A stretch of DNA of 54,092 nt, from assembly GCA_964353875.1 (NCBI GenBank), contig CAYGXU010000009.1, positions 1 through 54,092 on the forward strand, in the 5' to 3' direction. The DNA comes from an uncultured Anaerolineaceae bacterium (GTDB lineage Bacteria > Chloroflexota > Anaerolineae > Anaerolineales > E44-bin32). The position numbers were made by a program, and so were the translations under genes. Positions within the stretch are counted from its first letter, which is position 1; the number at the start of each line of letters is the position of its first letter. The notes beneath the pieces were generated by a model. That model ran no database searches. It saw only the letters and a list, made by a program, of their open reading frames with translations, and was not told the origin of the DNA. Below, one piece after another: positions 18,685-27,611 of the stretch.

Positions 18685-19623
18685 ATGAACAAGAAACAGG
18701 TCCTAGGGATATTTATGATCGCAGCGCTATTTGCGGCAGGATGTGCAGCCGGAAGCGCTCCGCAAATGGTTGATGAGAGATTATGGGATGCATCTGCACC
18801 TATGGAGGCAGAGGTCCAGTATGATGCTGCGAGCACTGGGTACATGGGCGAAACGGAAGAGGGATATGCCCAAGACACAACCATAACCCAATCCCTCGTG
18901 ATTCGTAATGCATACCTCACGATCATTTTAAAAGATCCAGCAAAATCGTCGGCTACCATCCAAAGCCTTGCAGAAGAAATGGGAGGTTTCGTCGTCAGTT
19001 CGAATGTCTACCAGACCACCTATGGAATCTCTGACGCCAAGACCGTTAGCGCTTCTCTGACTATCCGCGTCCCGGCTGATCGGTTTCTCGAAGCATTGGA
19101 GCGAATCGAGCAGGAGGCCATTGAGGTAACCAGCAAGCAGGTCACCGGTGAAGACGTTACGAAGGAATACACTGACCTTGCATCAAAGCTGCGAAACCTT
19201 GAAGCCAGCGAAGAAAAACTAAGAGAATTCATGGATTCAGCCACGAAAACCGAGGATGTTCTCACTATTTATAGGGAATTACGCGCTATTCGGGAGGAGA
19301 TTGAGATCATCAAGGGTCAAATGCAATATTACGAAGATTCAGCCCGCTTATCGCTGATCAGCATCGACCTCGTCCCAGATGTCCTCAGTCAGCCTATGCA
19401 AATAGGAGGCTGGCATCCTGAGGGCACAGCCAGGGATGCATTGGAGGCATTAATTGCAACGCTGCAATTTATCGGCAAAGCAGCCATCTGGCTCGGGATC
19501 TGTGTTCTCCCCATCCTGCTTATCTTTGGCGTGCCAGCCTATTTCGTGATCCGAGCGATCGTCCGAAAACAACGTCAAAAGAAAGCTGAGAAAGTAGAAA
19601 TAAAACAGAAGCAAGAAGAATAG
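18685..19623 (+). CDS. DUF4349-like lipoprotein with a C-terminal TM anchor
   Basis: Lipobox (LFAAGC), a central coiled-coil segment (VTKEYTDLASKLRNLEASEEKLREFM) and a C-terminal TM followed by a basic tail. There is an AAGGAGG Shine-Dalgarno sequence upstream. Confidence 0.65.
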   Translation: MNKKQVLGIFMIAALFAAGCAAGSAPQMVDERLWDASAPMEAEVQYDAASTGYMGETEEGYAQDTTITQSLVIRNAYLTIILKDPAKSSATIQSLAEEMGGFVVSSNVYQTTYGISDAKTVSASLTIRVPADRFLEALERIEQEAIEVTSKQVTGEDVTKEYTDLASKLRNLEASEEKLREFMDSATKTEDVLTIYRELRAIREEIEIIKGQMQYYEDSARLSLISIDLVPDVLSQPMQIGGWHPEGTARDALEALIATLQFIGKAAIWLGICVLPILLIFGVPAYFVIRAIVRKQRQKKAEKVEIKQKQEE

Positions 19624-19640
19624 AGAAACGCTAAATTACA

Positions 19641-19669
19641 GGGGTACCGAAAAGGGTACCCCTTTTTAT
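19641..19669 (+). terminator. Rho-independent terminator
   Basis: GGGGTACC-gaaaag-GGTACCCC stem followed by TTTTTAT, 18 nt after the stop codon of 18685..19623. Confidence 0.8.
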
Positions 19670-20020
19670 CTCTCGCTTTCCTGTCAAAATCCATGGTGGA
19701 ATTGGCTAATGGAGCGACCACCTTGGATAATTTGCACTCACGCTTTCGTCGACCGTTGGTGATAGGCAAGCATATAGAAATCGCTAGCTATTCAGGCAAA
19801 GACCCGAAAAGTCCGTTTTACGGTCTGAACTTTCCTTTCGAATGCAAATATCCAATAGTTTCAACTAATCGTTTTGTCAGAAAGACCTTTAGGGTCTGCG
19901 TATGCATACAAGGTTGAGCCGCTGTAATAATTCACAATAAGCCGGGGTGGTCCTCATGCCAAAATTCGAACTTGTTCGTCCAATTTCCGGGGCTCATTCG
20001 CTAATTGAGGAATTATTACG

Positions 20021-20785
20021 TTATCCCTCGATGGCATTTCGCACTTGATTTGCATATTCGCCAAATTGCTGTGTATGTGCCATGCTTAGTTCACGCGGTC
20101 GAGGGAGCGTATTACGTAGGTCTAACCTCACGGTTCCCGGACGTGGGCTTAGCACCAAGATCCGGTCCGACAATAATACCGCCTCCGTGATCGAGTGCGT
20201 CACCATGGCAACCGTCACTCGACGCTTGCTCCAAATCTGTATCAACTCACTTCCCATCCGTTCACGCGTGAGGGCGTCCAATGCCCCAAAAGGCTCGTCA
20301 AGGAGCAGGATTTCCGGATCATGGATCAAGGCGCGCGCGATGGCCACGCGTTGCGCCATACCGCCAGAAAGGTCATGTGGATAATTTTTTTCGAATCCGT
20401 TGAGTCCAACGAGATCGATGAGAGATTGCGCTCGCTCTCGGATATCAGCCCGTGGCAATCCGTGCAACTCCAAGGGTAAGGCGACGTTCTCCAATACCGT
20501 GCGCCATGGCATGAGATTCGCTTGTTGGAAAACGAAACCGATCCGTTTCCTAGGTCGTAAAAGGGGTTCCCCTTCAAAATAGACATTCCCTTCGCTTGGA
20601 AGCATTAATCCGGCAAGTAATTTCAGCAACGTCGTCTTTCCACAACCCGAAGGTCCGACAACACAGAGAAATTCCTGCGGGAATAAGGAAAAACAGATAT
20701 CCTGCAAAGCGACCAAAGCCGAATTGCCATTTGGAAAGGTCTTCCCAAGATCAAGAGCAACTAAAATCGGTTCAGGACAGTTCAT
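20021..20785 (-). CDS. ABC transporter ATP-binding protein (nitrate/sulfonate/taurine NitT/TauT family type)
   Basis: Walker A GPSGCGKTT, signature LSGGMAQRV, Walker B LLLDEPFGALD, 254 aa. Confidence 0.9.
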   Translation of the reverse strand: MNCPEPILVALDLGKTFPNGNSALVALQDICFSLFPQEFLCVVGPSGCGKTTLLKLLAGLMLPSEGNVYFEGEPLLRPRKRIGFVFQQANLMPWRTVLENVALPLELHGLPRADIRERAQSLIDLVGLNGFEKNYPHDLSGGMAQRVAIARALIHDPEILLLDEPFGALDALTRERMGSELIQIWSKRRVTVAMVTHSITEAVLLSDRILVLSPRPGTVRLDLRNTLPRPRELSMAHTQQFGEYANQVRNAIEG

Positions 20786-21765
20786 GGCTCAGGAAGGTAA
20801 TCATTCGTATATGCCTTCGCAACATCTAAAACGCTCTCAAGAAGTCCCATTTCGAGAAGAATGGCGTGCATGTTCTCCCATGCCTCCGGTTTCGAAGTCC
20901 CCAATTGTTGAATTTCCCAAAAAGGGATACTTGCTTTCAGAACCTTTAACAAGACCTCTTGATTCGCCTGTTCGAGGCCTTCTACATATTGCTTACATAT
21001 TTCGAAAGCACCCTCGGGATCCGCAATCGTGTCATTAATCCCCTTCAAACTTGCAGCAATCATCGAGCGGACCAATTCCGGATTTTCCGCAAGGACCTTC
21101 TCGCTGGTGATCAATCCATTCGATGCCAGCGGCACATAATCAGCCACTTTAAAGACCCGCATCGGCATCCCTTGCGCTTCCAATTGGATGGGTTCGTTGT
21201 TGGCATAAATGACAATCGCATCTTCCTGACCGGCTAACATCGCCTCCACCTGGTTATAACCAATCGAGTCTAATGTGACCGCTCCTTCAGCAACACCTAC
21301 TGCTCCGATCAAGGCCCGAAAGCCGATATAGGAAGCCCCGTATAGCCCGGGAATGCCAATTTTCTTGCCCATCAAATCCTCAGGAGCTCGAATGTCACTC
21401 TCCTCCGGAACAGCGACGGCGACAGGATAATCCTGCCACCAGGCCATCACATAGACAACCGGTATTCCCTGAGCTCTTGCCAGGAGGACTTGCTCCCCCG
21501 AAACCACCGCGAATGGGACCTCCCCTGCTCCAACCAGGGTGACCGCCTCGTTTTCAGGGAGGTGTTCATATTGAACATCCAAACCTACATTGGTAAAGTA
21601 CCCCTTTTCAATCGAGACATAGAAAGGTGCAAATTGCACATCCGGCCGAAAAGGCAATGCTAATCTCACTGCTTCTAAATCCTGGCCCCCAAATATCCCA
21701 TTCCCAGTGCAACTTGTGATGACAAAGCAAAGAAGGATGAAGGGGATTAGAGTGGATGTTTTCAT
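20782..21765 (-). CDS. ABC transporter substrate-binding lipoprotein, NMT1/THI5-like
   Basis: From ATG 21765 the protein starts MKTSTLIPFILLCFVITSC (lipobox). The body resembles SsuA/ThiY/NMT1-type binding proteins (FAPFYVSIEKGYF). The longer ORF-track start would overlap the permease gene. Confidence 0.85.
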   Translation of the reverse strand: MKTSTLIPFILLCFVITSCTGNGIFGGQDLEAVRLALPFRPDVQFAPFYVSIEKGYFTNVGLDVQYEHLPENEAVTLVGAGEVPFAVVSGEQVLLARAQGIPVVYVMAWWQDYPVAVAVPEESDIRAPEDLMGKKIGIPGLYGASYIGFRALIGAVGVAEGAVTLDSIGYNQVEAMLAGQEDAIVIYANNEPIQLEAQGMPMRVFKVADYVPLASNGLITSEKVLAENPELVRSMIAASLKGINDTIADPEGAFEICKQYVEGLEQANQEVLLKVLKASIPFWEIQQLGTSKPEAWENMHAILLEMGLLESVLDVAKAYTNDYLPEP

Positions 21766-21775
21766 GAGTCCTCCA

Positions 21776-22600
21776 TTATTTCTTGGTGGCATCTCGTCGC
21801 CACCCAAGGAATCTAAGCTCAAAAAGGGTTACAACACTGTAAAGAATAAGCGCCATCGCCACCAACGCAAACACGGCCACAAAAACCATGGGAATATCAT
21901 ACATGCCACGGGCGAGATTGATGATGAATCCCAAACCCTCATCCGCCGCCACGAACTCACCAACAACTGCTCCGATAACCGACAATGTCGCCCCAACCTT
22001 CAAGCCACCGAGAAGTACCGGCATTGCCGCCGGCGCTTCAAGCTTGAAAAATACTTGCCAACGTTTCGCCTGAAGGGAGCGCATCAGATCATGCAAATCT
22101 TCAGGCACAGAACGAACGGCGACAACGGTGTTGACGAGTACAGGAAAGAAGACAATCAGGGCAGAAATGAGCACCTTGGAAAGACGCCCTGATCCAAACC
22201 AGATGATGAGAAGAGGCGCAATCGCAACGATCGGTATGGACTGCGAAGCAACGATGTAGGGTGATAATAGTTTTTCAGCGACACGTGACTTGGCGAGTAG
22301 ATACCCCAGCAATAGGGCGATGGAAATCCCCATTGCCAGGCCACCCAACACCTCCTCCAGGGTCACCAGGCTATGACGAATGATGCTCCCATCCTCGATT
22401 GCAGCAAGGAAGCGTTGCCATACCATCTCCGGTGATGGAAGAATAAAGGCAGATATCCCCGTCCAATGGCTAATGCCGTACCAGACTAAGAAGAAAAATA
22501 GGATTGTGACAAACAAAATCGCAGCATTAGACCAACTCGAATCGATCCGCAATGTGAGCTTCTCTCGTCGATTATTTTTCTTATTTGGAAGCAGATCCAT
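21776..22600 (-). CDS. ABC transporter permease (SsuC/TauC-like)
   Basis: 274 aa with 6 TM segments and an EAA-like loop (DLMRSLQAKRWQVFFKLEAPAAMP). Confidence 0.9.
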   Translation of the reverse strand: MDLLPNKKNNRREKLTLRIDSSWSNAAILFVTILFFFLVWYGISHWTGISAFILPSPEMVWQRFLAAIEDGSIIRHSLVTLEEVLGGLAMGISIALLLGYLLAKSRVAEKLLSPYIVASQSIPIVAIAPLLIIWFGSGRLSKVLISALIVFFPVLVNTVVAVRSVPEDLHDLMRSLQAKRWQVFFKLEAPAAMPVLLGGLKVGATLSVIGAVVGEFVAADEGLGFIINLARGMYDIPMVFVAVFALVAMALILYSVVTLFELRFLGWRRDATKK

Positions 22601-22610
22601 TCCGCCCTCA

Positions 22611-22636
22611 TAAAAAACGGAGGTAAATCACCTCCG
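22611..22636 (-). terminator. Second leader hairpin with a U6 tract, immediately upstream of the Shine-Dalgarno sequence and ATG (attenuator or terminator)
   Basis: Minus strand: CGGAGGU-gauuu-ACCUCCG followed by UUUUUU, then AUGAGGGCGGA-AUG. Confidence 0.5.
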
Positions 22637-22667
22637 GGGCAAACGCGGTAAGCTGTATCCCAAACTG

Positions 22668-22698
22668 GAATAAAAATCCCGAAGACAGAAGTCTTCGG
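22668..22698 (-). terminator. Intrinsic terminator inside the 5' leader (expression platform)
   Basis: Minus strand: CCCGAAGAC-uucu-GUCUUCGGG followed by AUUUUUAUU. Its 5' arm overlaps the 3' strand of a long-range helix. Confidence 0.6.
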
Positions 22699-22859
22699 GG
22701 CAAGCCGTACGCGTGAACGACAAGATGTCGTTTGGACTAACCTTCTTCCATCCGGACTATACCGTCGGCTCCGGAATTAAACCGGATCATGCATTTTCAT
22801 GCTCGCGGGCTTTACCGCCGGTCGGGAGTTGGACTGATAATCCTCACCCTGCCCCGAAG
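22692..22859 (-). promoter_or_regulatory. Structured 5' leader element (riboswitch-like aptamer candidate, class not recognised)
   Basis: A perfect 10-bp long-range helix pairs CUUCGGGGCA (22858..22849) with UGCCCCGAAG (22701..22692). It encloses several local hairpins: GCAU-GAAA-AUGC, UCCGG-uuuaauu-CCGGA, AACGACA-ucu-UGUCGUU, and ACCGGCGG/CCGACGGU. Confidence 0.5.
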
Positions 22860-22892
22860 GTCGAATTATTCAATTGTTCACATATTGCACGA

Positions 22893-22920
22893 AATTCTAC
22901 CACACCTTTGTTTTCTTGTA
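22893..22920 (-). promoter_or_regulatory. Promoter of the ABC-transporter leader (TTACAA-N16-TGg-TAGAAT)
   Basis: The -35 lies at 22920..22915 and the extended -10 TGGTAGAAT at 22901..22893. This predicts a 5' UTR of about 285 nt. Confidence 0.5.
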
Positions 22921-23235
22921 ACCATCTCTGTTTTATTTCTGACACCAACTCGAGCTATTCTTTGTAGAGTCAATTCTTCAATATTGCATTTATCCGCTAA
23001 TACGAAGGGGTGAGGAAATTCTCTACAGCAGCAAACACCATAATAAGCCTAAGATTTCTCCAGCACATCACACCTGAATGAAATAATCCGTAATATTGAA
23101 GAACAGAGCATAATTTGCCTATACCAGTTCAGGATATTCAGGCACAAATTTGTTCCTAAAGGTTATATTCTCCAGTACCACACCACGATTTTGGCTGATC
23201 CACTTCTAGAAAAAATCATCCAAACCAAAGCTGCC

Positions 23236-23928
23236 TTAATTTACACTCCCAAATCCCGGTTCTTTTATGTTCAGTTCTTTGACCGCTCCTGTTGACACGA
23301 ATACCACCCGCTCAGCGATGTTCGTTACGCGATCACCGATCCTCTCGAGATTATGCGCACACCATAACAAATACGTGGCTCGTTGAACGCTTTCAGGTTT
23401 ATGTGCCATGATATCGACCAATTCATCAAAAATAGTCTGATAGAGATGGTCCATTGTGTCATCGCGTGCAGCGATTTCCTTGGCGCGCGTCACGTCAATA
23501 TCATGCAGAGCTTCGATGATTTCGCGCAGCATGCCCCGAGCGAGTTCCACCATCTTCGGAATATCAATCAGTGGTTTGAGCAAGGGCTCATCCCCCATCC
23601 GCAGCACCGTCTTTGAAATGCCAGCTGCATGATCGCCAATTCGCTCCATATCCACAACCACATTCATAATCGCCACAACTCTGCGCAAATCGCTTGCAGT
23701 CGGCTGCTGTGTGGCGATCAATGCCAAACAGGCCTCCTCAATCCGAAATCGTAATTTGTTGACAAGTTCATCGTTATTGATCACCTGCTGGGCAAGATCA
23801 CGATCCCGATGGGCCAGGGATTGCAGAGACTCGCTCAAGGCGTGGTCGATTAATTCACGCATGCGTAGAAGATCTTCTTCGATCTCTAGCAGACCTTGGT
23901 CGAATGCCGCTCGTAAACCTGAACTCAT
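23236..23928 (-). CDS. phoU: Phosphate signaling complex protein PhoU
   Basis: Two PhoU repeats (E..IN..E, ERIGDHA / ERIGDRVTNIAE). I chose ATG 23928, which is preceded by AGGAGGAGAGGAGC. Confidence 0.9.
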   Translation of the reverse strand: MSSGLRAAFDQGLLEIEEDLLRMRELIDHALSESLQSLAHRDRDLAQQVINNDELVNKLRFRIEEACLALIATQQPTASDLRRVVAIMNVVVDMERIGDHAAGISKTVLRMGDEPLLKPLIDIPKMVELARGMLREIIEALHDIDVTRAKEIAARDDTMDHLYQTIFDELVDIMAHKPESVQRATYLLWCAHNLERIGDRVTNIAERVVFVSTGAVKELNIKEPGFGSVN

Positions 23929-23952
23929 GCTCCTCTCCTCCTTGATCAACAA

Positions 23953-24723
23953 TTATCCCATGCGACCGGTAATATATTCCTCTGTCCTTTGTTGTGAAGG
24001 TCGCGTGAAAATTGTGTCGGTCGAATCGAACTCAACCAGCTCGCCCAGCCAAAACAGACCGGTTCGGTTGGAAACACGTGCCGCTTGCTGCATGTTATGG
24101 GTGACAATGACAATCGTATAAGCTTGTTTCAACTCCCTCATCAGCTCTTCGATGCGTAATGTTGCGATTGGATCCAATGCTGAACATGGTTCATCCATAA
24201 GGATGATCTCCGGTTGCACAGCAAGTACACGTGCCAAACACAATCGTTGCTGTTCGCCCAAAGAGAGTTCAAGCGCATTTTTATGCAAAGAATCTTTTAC
24301 CTCCTCCCATAATGCAACCGATCGAAGTGATTCCTCAACCAGGAACTCGATTTCACCTCGACGAACTAAATTTAATACCCGAGGACCGAAGGCGACATTA
24401 TCGAAAATCGATTTAGGGAACGGATTAGGTCTCTGAAAGACCATACCTACTTTCTGGCGAAGATTGGCTAAATCCAGATCATCTCTATAAATATTCTCGC
24501 CGTCGATACATACCTCGCCTTCGATACGGATATCAGGGATCGTATCATTCATGCGGTTTAAACAACGCAAGAAAGTCGATTTTCCACACCCGGAAGGCCC
24601 AATTAAAGCTGTAATCTCTCGAGCACGAATATCAATACAGATCTCCTTCAAAGCCCGGAAGGAACCATAATAAAAATCCAAGTGATGGACTTCAATTTTC
24701 ATCGCTTCTTTATTCGAACTCAT
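23953..24723 (-). CDS. pstB: Phosphate ABC transporter ATP-binding protein PstB
   Basis: [68 protein letters not shown]. Confidence 0.95.
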   Translation of the reverse strand: MSSNKEAMKIEVHHLDFYYGSFRALKEICIDIRAREITALIGPSGCGKSTFLRCLNRMNDTIPDIRIEGEVCIDGENIYRDDLDLANLRQKVGMVFQRPNPFPKSIFDNVAFGPRVLNLVRRGEIEFLVEESLRSVALWEEVKDSLHKNALELSLGEQQRLCLARVLAVQPEIILMDEPCSALDPIATLRIEELMRELKQAYTIVIVTHNMQQAARVSNRTGLFWLGELVEFDSTDTIFTRPSQQRTEEYITGRMG

Positions 24724-24730
24724 ATTTTTG

Positions 24731-24785
24731 ATTGTACACCATTATGCCGTTTTGTCTTGAAACGCTTTGACGAGTCCAATATAAT
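24731..24785. promoter_or_regulatory. Back-to-back divergent pst promoters (candidate)
   Basis: Minus strand: TACAAT (24736..24731) sits exactly 7 nt upstream of the pstB ATG. Plus strand: TTGAAA (24757..24762)-N17-TATAAT (24780..24785) sits exactly 7 nt upstream of ATG 24793. Confidence 0.35.
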
Positions 24786-25686
24786 GACTATCATGTGGTT
24801 TCCTCATCTCCCATCCCGGATCAGTTTTAGTATTCTATTAGGTGGACTATTCCTTTTCTCGTGTCGCCCCGCCCATCAATCGAGCCTAAATAATGTCCCC
24901 AGTACTGCCATAGAAAATAAGGGCTCCGATACGATGGTGAATCTGGCGCTCGCTTGGGCGGAAGCTTACCAAAAAATCCACCCGCAGATTCGTATCTCGG
25001 TTACTGGTGGAGGGAGTGGTACAGGGATCGCTTCCCTTATCAACGGCACCGTGGATATCGCCAACGCCTCCCGACAAATTAAACCCGAAGAAGAACAAGA
25101 GGCGCAAGCCAATGGCATCATCCCAGTTGAGTTTGTTGTCGCTCGGGATGCCATCGCCATTATCGTCCATCCTGATAATTCTATCGATCGATTAACGATC
25201 GATCAGATTTCTGCCATTTACGCTGGTGAAGTGAATAATTGGCGTGAGGTTGGGGGTGATGATCGACCCATCGTCCGTCTTTCACGAGAAACGAACTCCG
25301 GCACACATGTTTATTTTTTAGATAATGTTTTACGAAAAGGAGAGAAGGATAATAAGACATTATTTACACCTTATACTTTACTCCTCCCTTCATCAGAGGG
25401 GATCGGTGCAGAAATTCGTCAAAATCCAAATGCGATTGGATATGATGGTTTAGGGTATGTCACCGAAGGGATGAAACTCGTCGCTGTGGCGCAGAATGCT
25501 TCGGGTCCATTTGTCCTCCCTTCAGCAAAAACGGTGAATGATCAAAGTTATCCAATTGCCAGAGACCTATATCTCTATACCGCTGGTAAAGCCGAAGGTG
25601 AGATTCTAAACTACATTACCTGGATCTTCACTCCTGAGGCGCAGGAGATCGTGACGGAACTGGGTTTTGTACCGATTACTCCATGA
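24784..25686 (+). CDS. pstS: Phosphate ABC transporter substrate-binding lipoprotein PstS
   Basis: GSDTMVNLA, TGGGSGTGIASLINGTVDIANASR and a lipobox (LFLFSC). The start is uncertain (24784 or 24793). The ORF-track start at 24682 overlaps pstB. Confidence 0.9.
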   Translation: MTIMWFPHLPSRISFSILLGGLFLFSCRPAHQSSLNNVPSTAIENKGSDTMVNLALAWAEAYQKIHPQIRISVTGGGSGTGIASLINGTVDIANASRQIKPEEEQEAQANGIIPVEFVVARDAIAIIVHPDNSIDRLTIDQISAIYAGEVNNWREVGGDDRPIVRLSRETNSGTHVYFLDNVLRKGEKDNKTLFTPYTLLLPSSEGIGAEIRQNPNAIGYDGLGYVTEGMKLVAVAQNASGPFVLPSAKTVNDQSYPIARDLYLYTAGKAEGEILNYITWIFTPEAQEIVTELGFVPITP

Positions 25687-25693
25687 GGTGAAT

Positions 25694-26587
25694 ATGCGCG
25701 AGACAAGTTGGACTGAATTTATCGTCACACGATTGATCAAAGCCTCTGGCTATTCAGCCATCCTGATTGTCTCCATGATCTTCATCTTTCTCCTGGGAGA
25801 GGGCTATCCCTCCCTGTTTGAAATTCCCCTCTCAACGATCTTCAGTCAGCGCTGGTACCCCATTGAGGGTTACTTTGGCATCCTGCCCTTGATCGGTAGT
25901 TCTATCCTTGTCACACTCGGGGCTGCGTTAATTGCAGTACCGTTGGGTGTATCAACAGCCATTTATATCCGCGAAATCGCCCCTCATTGGACGCGAGAGA
26001 TCCTCAAACCCTTGGTTGAGGTCTTAGCAGGCCTTCCCTCGGTGCTGCTCGGCTTTCTCGGTATCTTGGTCCTTACCCCCTTTATCCGTCAACTTCTCCA
26101 TCTCCCTACCGGGCTTACAGCATTTGCAGGAGCCATCTTGCTTGGTGCAATTTCCATCCCCACCATTGTCAGCGTGGCGGAGGATGCGCTCGATGCCGTC
26201 CCCAAGACTTATCGCGACGCAGCTCTCGCCCTGGGCGCTACGGAATGGCAGACCATCTGGAGGGTGACTCTCCCAGCTGCACGTTCAGGAGTCCTCACCG
26301 CCATCATGTTAGGAATCGGTCGGGCAATCGGAGAGACCATGACGGTCATGATGGTCACAGGAAATGCCCCCATCTTGCCCACAGGCTTGATGGCATTGTT
26401 TCAACCTACACGAACAATGACTGCAACAATCGCTGCTGAAATGGGAGAGGTGGCCAATGGTAGTGTCCATTATCACTCTTTATTTTTGATCGGAATTGTG
26501 CTTTTTATGATTTCTTTGTTTGTTAATTTGGTTGCTGCAAGTATGGTCTTCCGTCAAAGGAAACGGTCGGAACGCATTCTATCGTAA
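25694..26587 (+). CDS. pstC: Phosphate ABC transporter permease PstC
   Basis: EAA loop (EDALDAVPKTYRDAALALGATEWQTIWRVTLPAARSG) and 6 TM segments. There is a GAGGTG Shine-Dalgarno sequence before ATG 25694. Confidence 0.9.
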   Translation: MRETSWTEFIVTRLIKASGYSAILIVSMIFIFLLGEGYPSLFEIPLSTIFSQRWYPIEGYFGILPLIGSSILVTLGAALIAVPLGVSTAIYIREIAPHWTREILKPLVEVLAGLPSVLLGFLGILVLTPFIRQLLHLPTGLTAFAGAILLGAISIPTIVSVAEDALDAVPKTYRDAALALGATEWQTIWRVTLPAARSGVLTAIMLGIGRAIGETMTVMMVTGNAPILPTGLMALFQPTRTMTATIAAEMGEVANGSVHYHSLFLIGIVLFMISLFVNLVAASMVFRQRKRSERILS

Positions 26588-26711
26588 TGTCATGCTTGAG
26601 AGATTTTTCTCCTGCCTCGAGTATCGTACGATCCAATGAGATAGCAGGAGGCAGGTAAATATGGCGTCTCGTACAAAAAACAGGCAGAATCGGACTTAAG
26701 GCTTCAAGTGA

Positions 26712-27611
26712 GTGAGCATAATGGATGACATAATCATGAATCAAGAGAGACGCCATATTCAGAGCAACTTACGCAAGATTTCGCAACGCCTTGGCTTCGC
26801 CGTCATGACGCTTGCTGCATTGTTCACCGTCGTCCCAATCGTCCTTGTTGTAGGCTTCGTTGCCTGGAAAGGTGCCCCGGCCATATCCTGGGAATTTTTA
26901 TCACAAATGCCACGCGATGGCATGCGTGCTGGCGGAATCCTTCCCGCCATCATCGGTACATTCTGGCTTACGGTTGGGACCGCCATCATTTCTGTACCTC
27001 TCGGCATAGGGGCAGCCATCTATCTTGCCGAATATGCTCCAGAAAGTCGTTGGACGCGCACCATCCGTATTGCGATCATCAATCTCGCCGGGATCCCCTC
27101 GGTAGTCTTCGGCCTTTTTGGACTGGGGCTGTTTGTCCTTTTCCTTCGCTTTGGGACAAGTATCCTGGCCGGTTCGTTGACCCTTGCAATCATGACCTTG
27201 CCGGTGATCATCAGCACAGCGGAGGAAGCCCTGCGCGCGGTCCCCAATAATTTTCGGGTTGTGAGCATCTCCCTGGGAGGGACGAAATGGCAGACGATTC
27301 GGCGCATCGTACTTCCGCAGGCTTTACCCGGGATCCTCACTGGGATCATCCTTGGCCTGGAACGGGCTGCAGGTGAGACAGCGCCAATCCTCTTCACCGT
27401 TGCAGCTTTTTTCCTACCCCGTCTACCTACCTCCATCTTGGATGCCAGCATGGCCTTGCCTTATCATCTTTTCGTCATCTCCACCCAGGTTCCAGGAATG
27501 CCCATTCAAATTCAATATGGCACTGCCATCGTCTTACTGACCTTCGTGCTCGGGATGAACATTATTGCCACAGTCATCCGTTCGAGAGCAAGGGTAAAAA
27601 GACAATGGTAA
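26712..27611 (+). CDS. pstA: Phosphate ABC transporter permease PstA
   Basis: EEALRAVPNNFRVVSISLGGTKWQTIRRIVLPQALPGILTG with a PstA-type TM layout. Confidence 0.9.
   Translation: MSIMDDIIMNQERRHIQSNLRKISQRLGFAVMTLAALFTVVPIVLVVGFVAWKGAPAISWEFLSQMPRDGMRAGGILPAIIGTFWLTVGTAIISVPLGIGAAIYLAEYAPESRWTRTIRIAIINLAGIPSVVFGLFGLGLFVLFLRFGTSILAGSLTLAIMTLPVIISTAEEALRAVPNNFRVVSISLGGTKWQTIRRIVLPQALPGILTGIILGLERAAGETAPILFTVAAFFLPRLPTSILDASMALPYHLFVISTQVPGMPIQIQYGTAIVLLTFVLGMNIIATVIRSRARVKRQW

Noticed and set aside
22601-22900. Assignment of the ABC-transporter leader to the TPP, cobalamin or guanidine-I (ykkC) riboswitch classes
   Set aside because: Local resemblances exist (UGAUCCGGUUUAAUUCCGG, compare TPP P4-P5; GCGGUAAAG and AGUCCGGA, compare cobalamin). 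However, the invariant CUGAGA/ACCC (TPP), GCCACUG plus a complete B12 box (cobalamin), and GGUCCGAGAG / ACGR-GGGA-AAAGCCCGGGAG order (guanidine-I) are not present. I cannot run a covariance-model search, so the class is left open.
22973-23102. Perfect 12-nt inverted repeat TTCTTCAATATT (22973-22984 and 23091-23102) upstream of the leader promoter
   Set aside because: In an AT-rich 54-kb context, one 12-mer inverted repeat within ~200 nt is expected about once by chance. No further complementarity supports it. I keep it only as a note.
27020-27451. 143-aa Arg-rich minus-strand ORF
   Set aside because: It is antisense to pstA, and its composition is typical of a shadow frame in a GC-biased membrane-protein gene.
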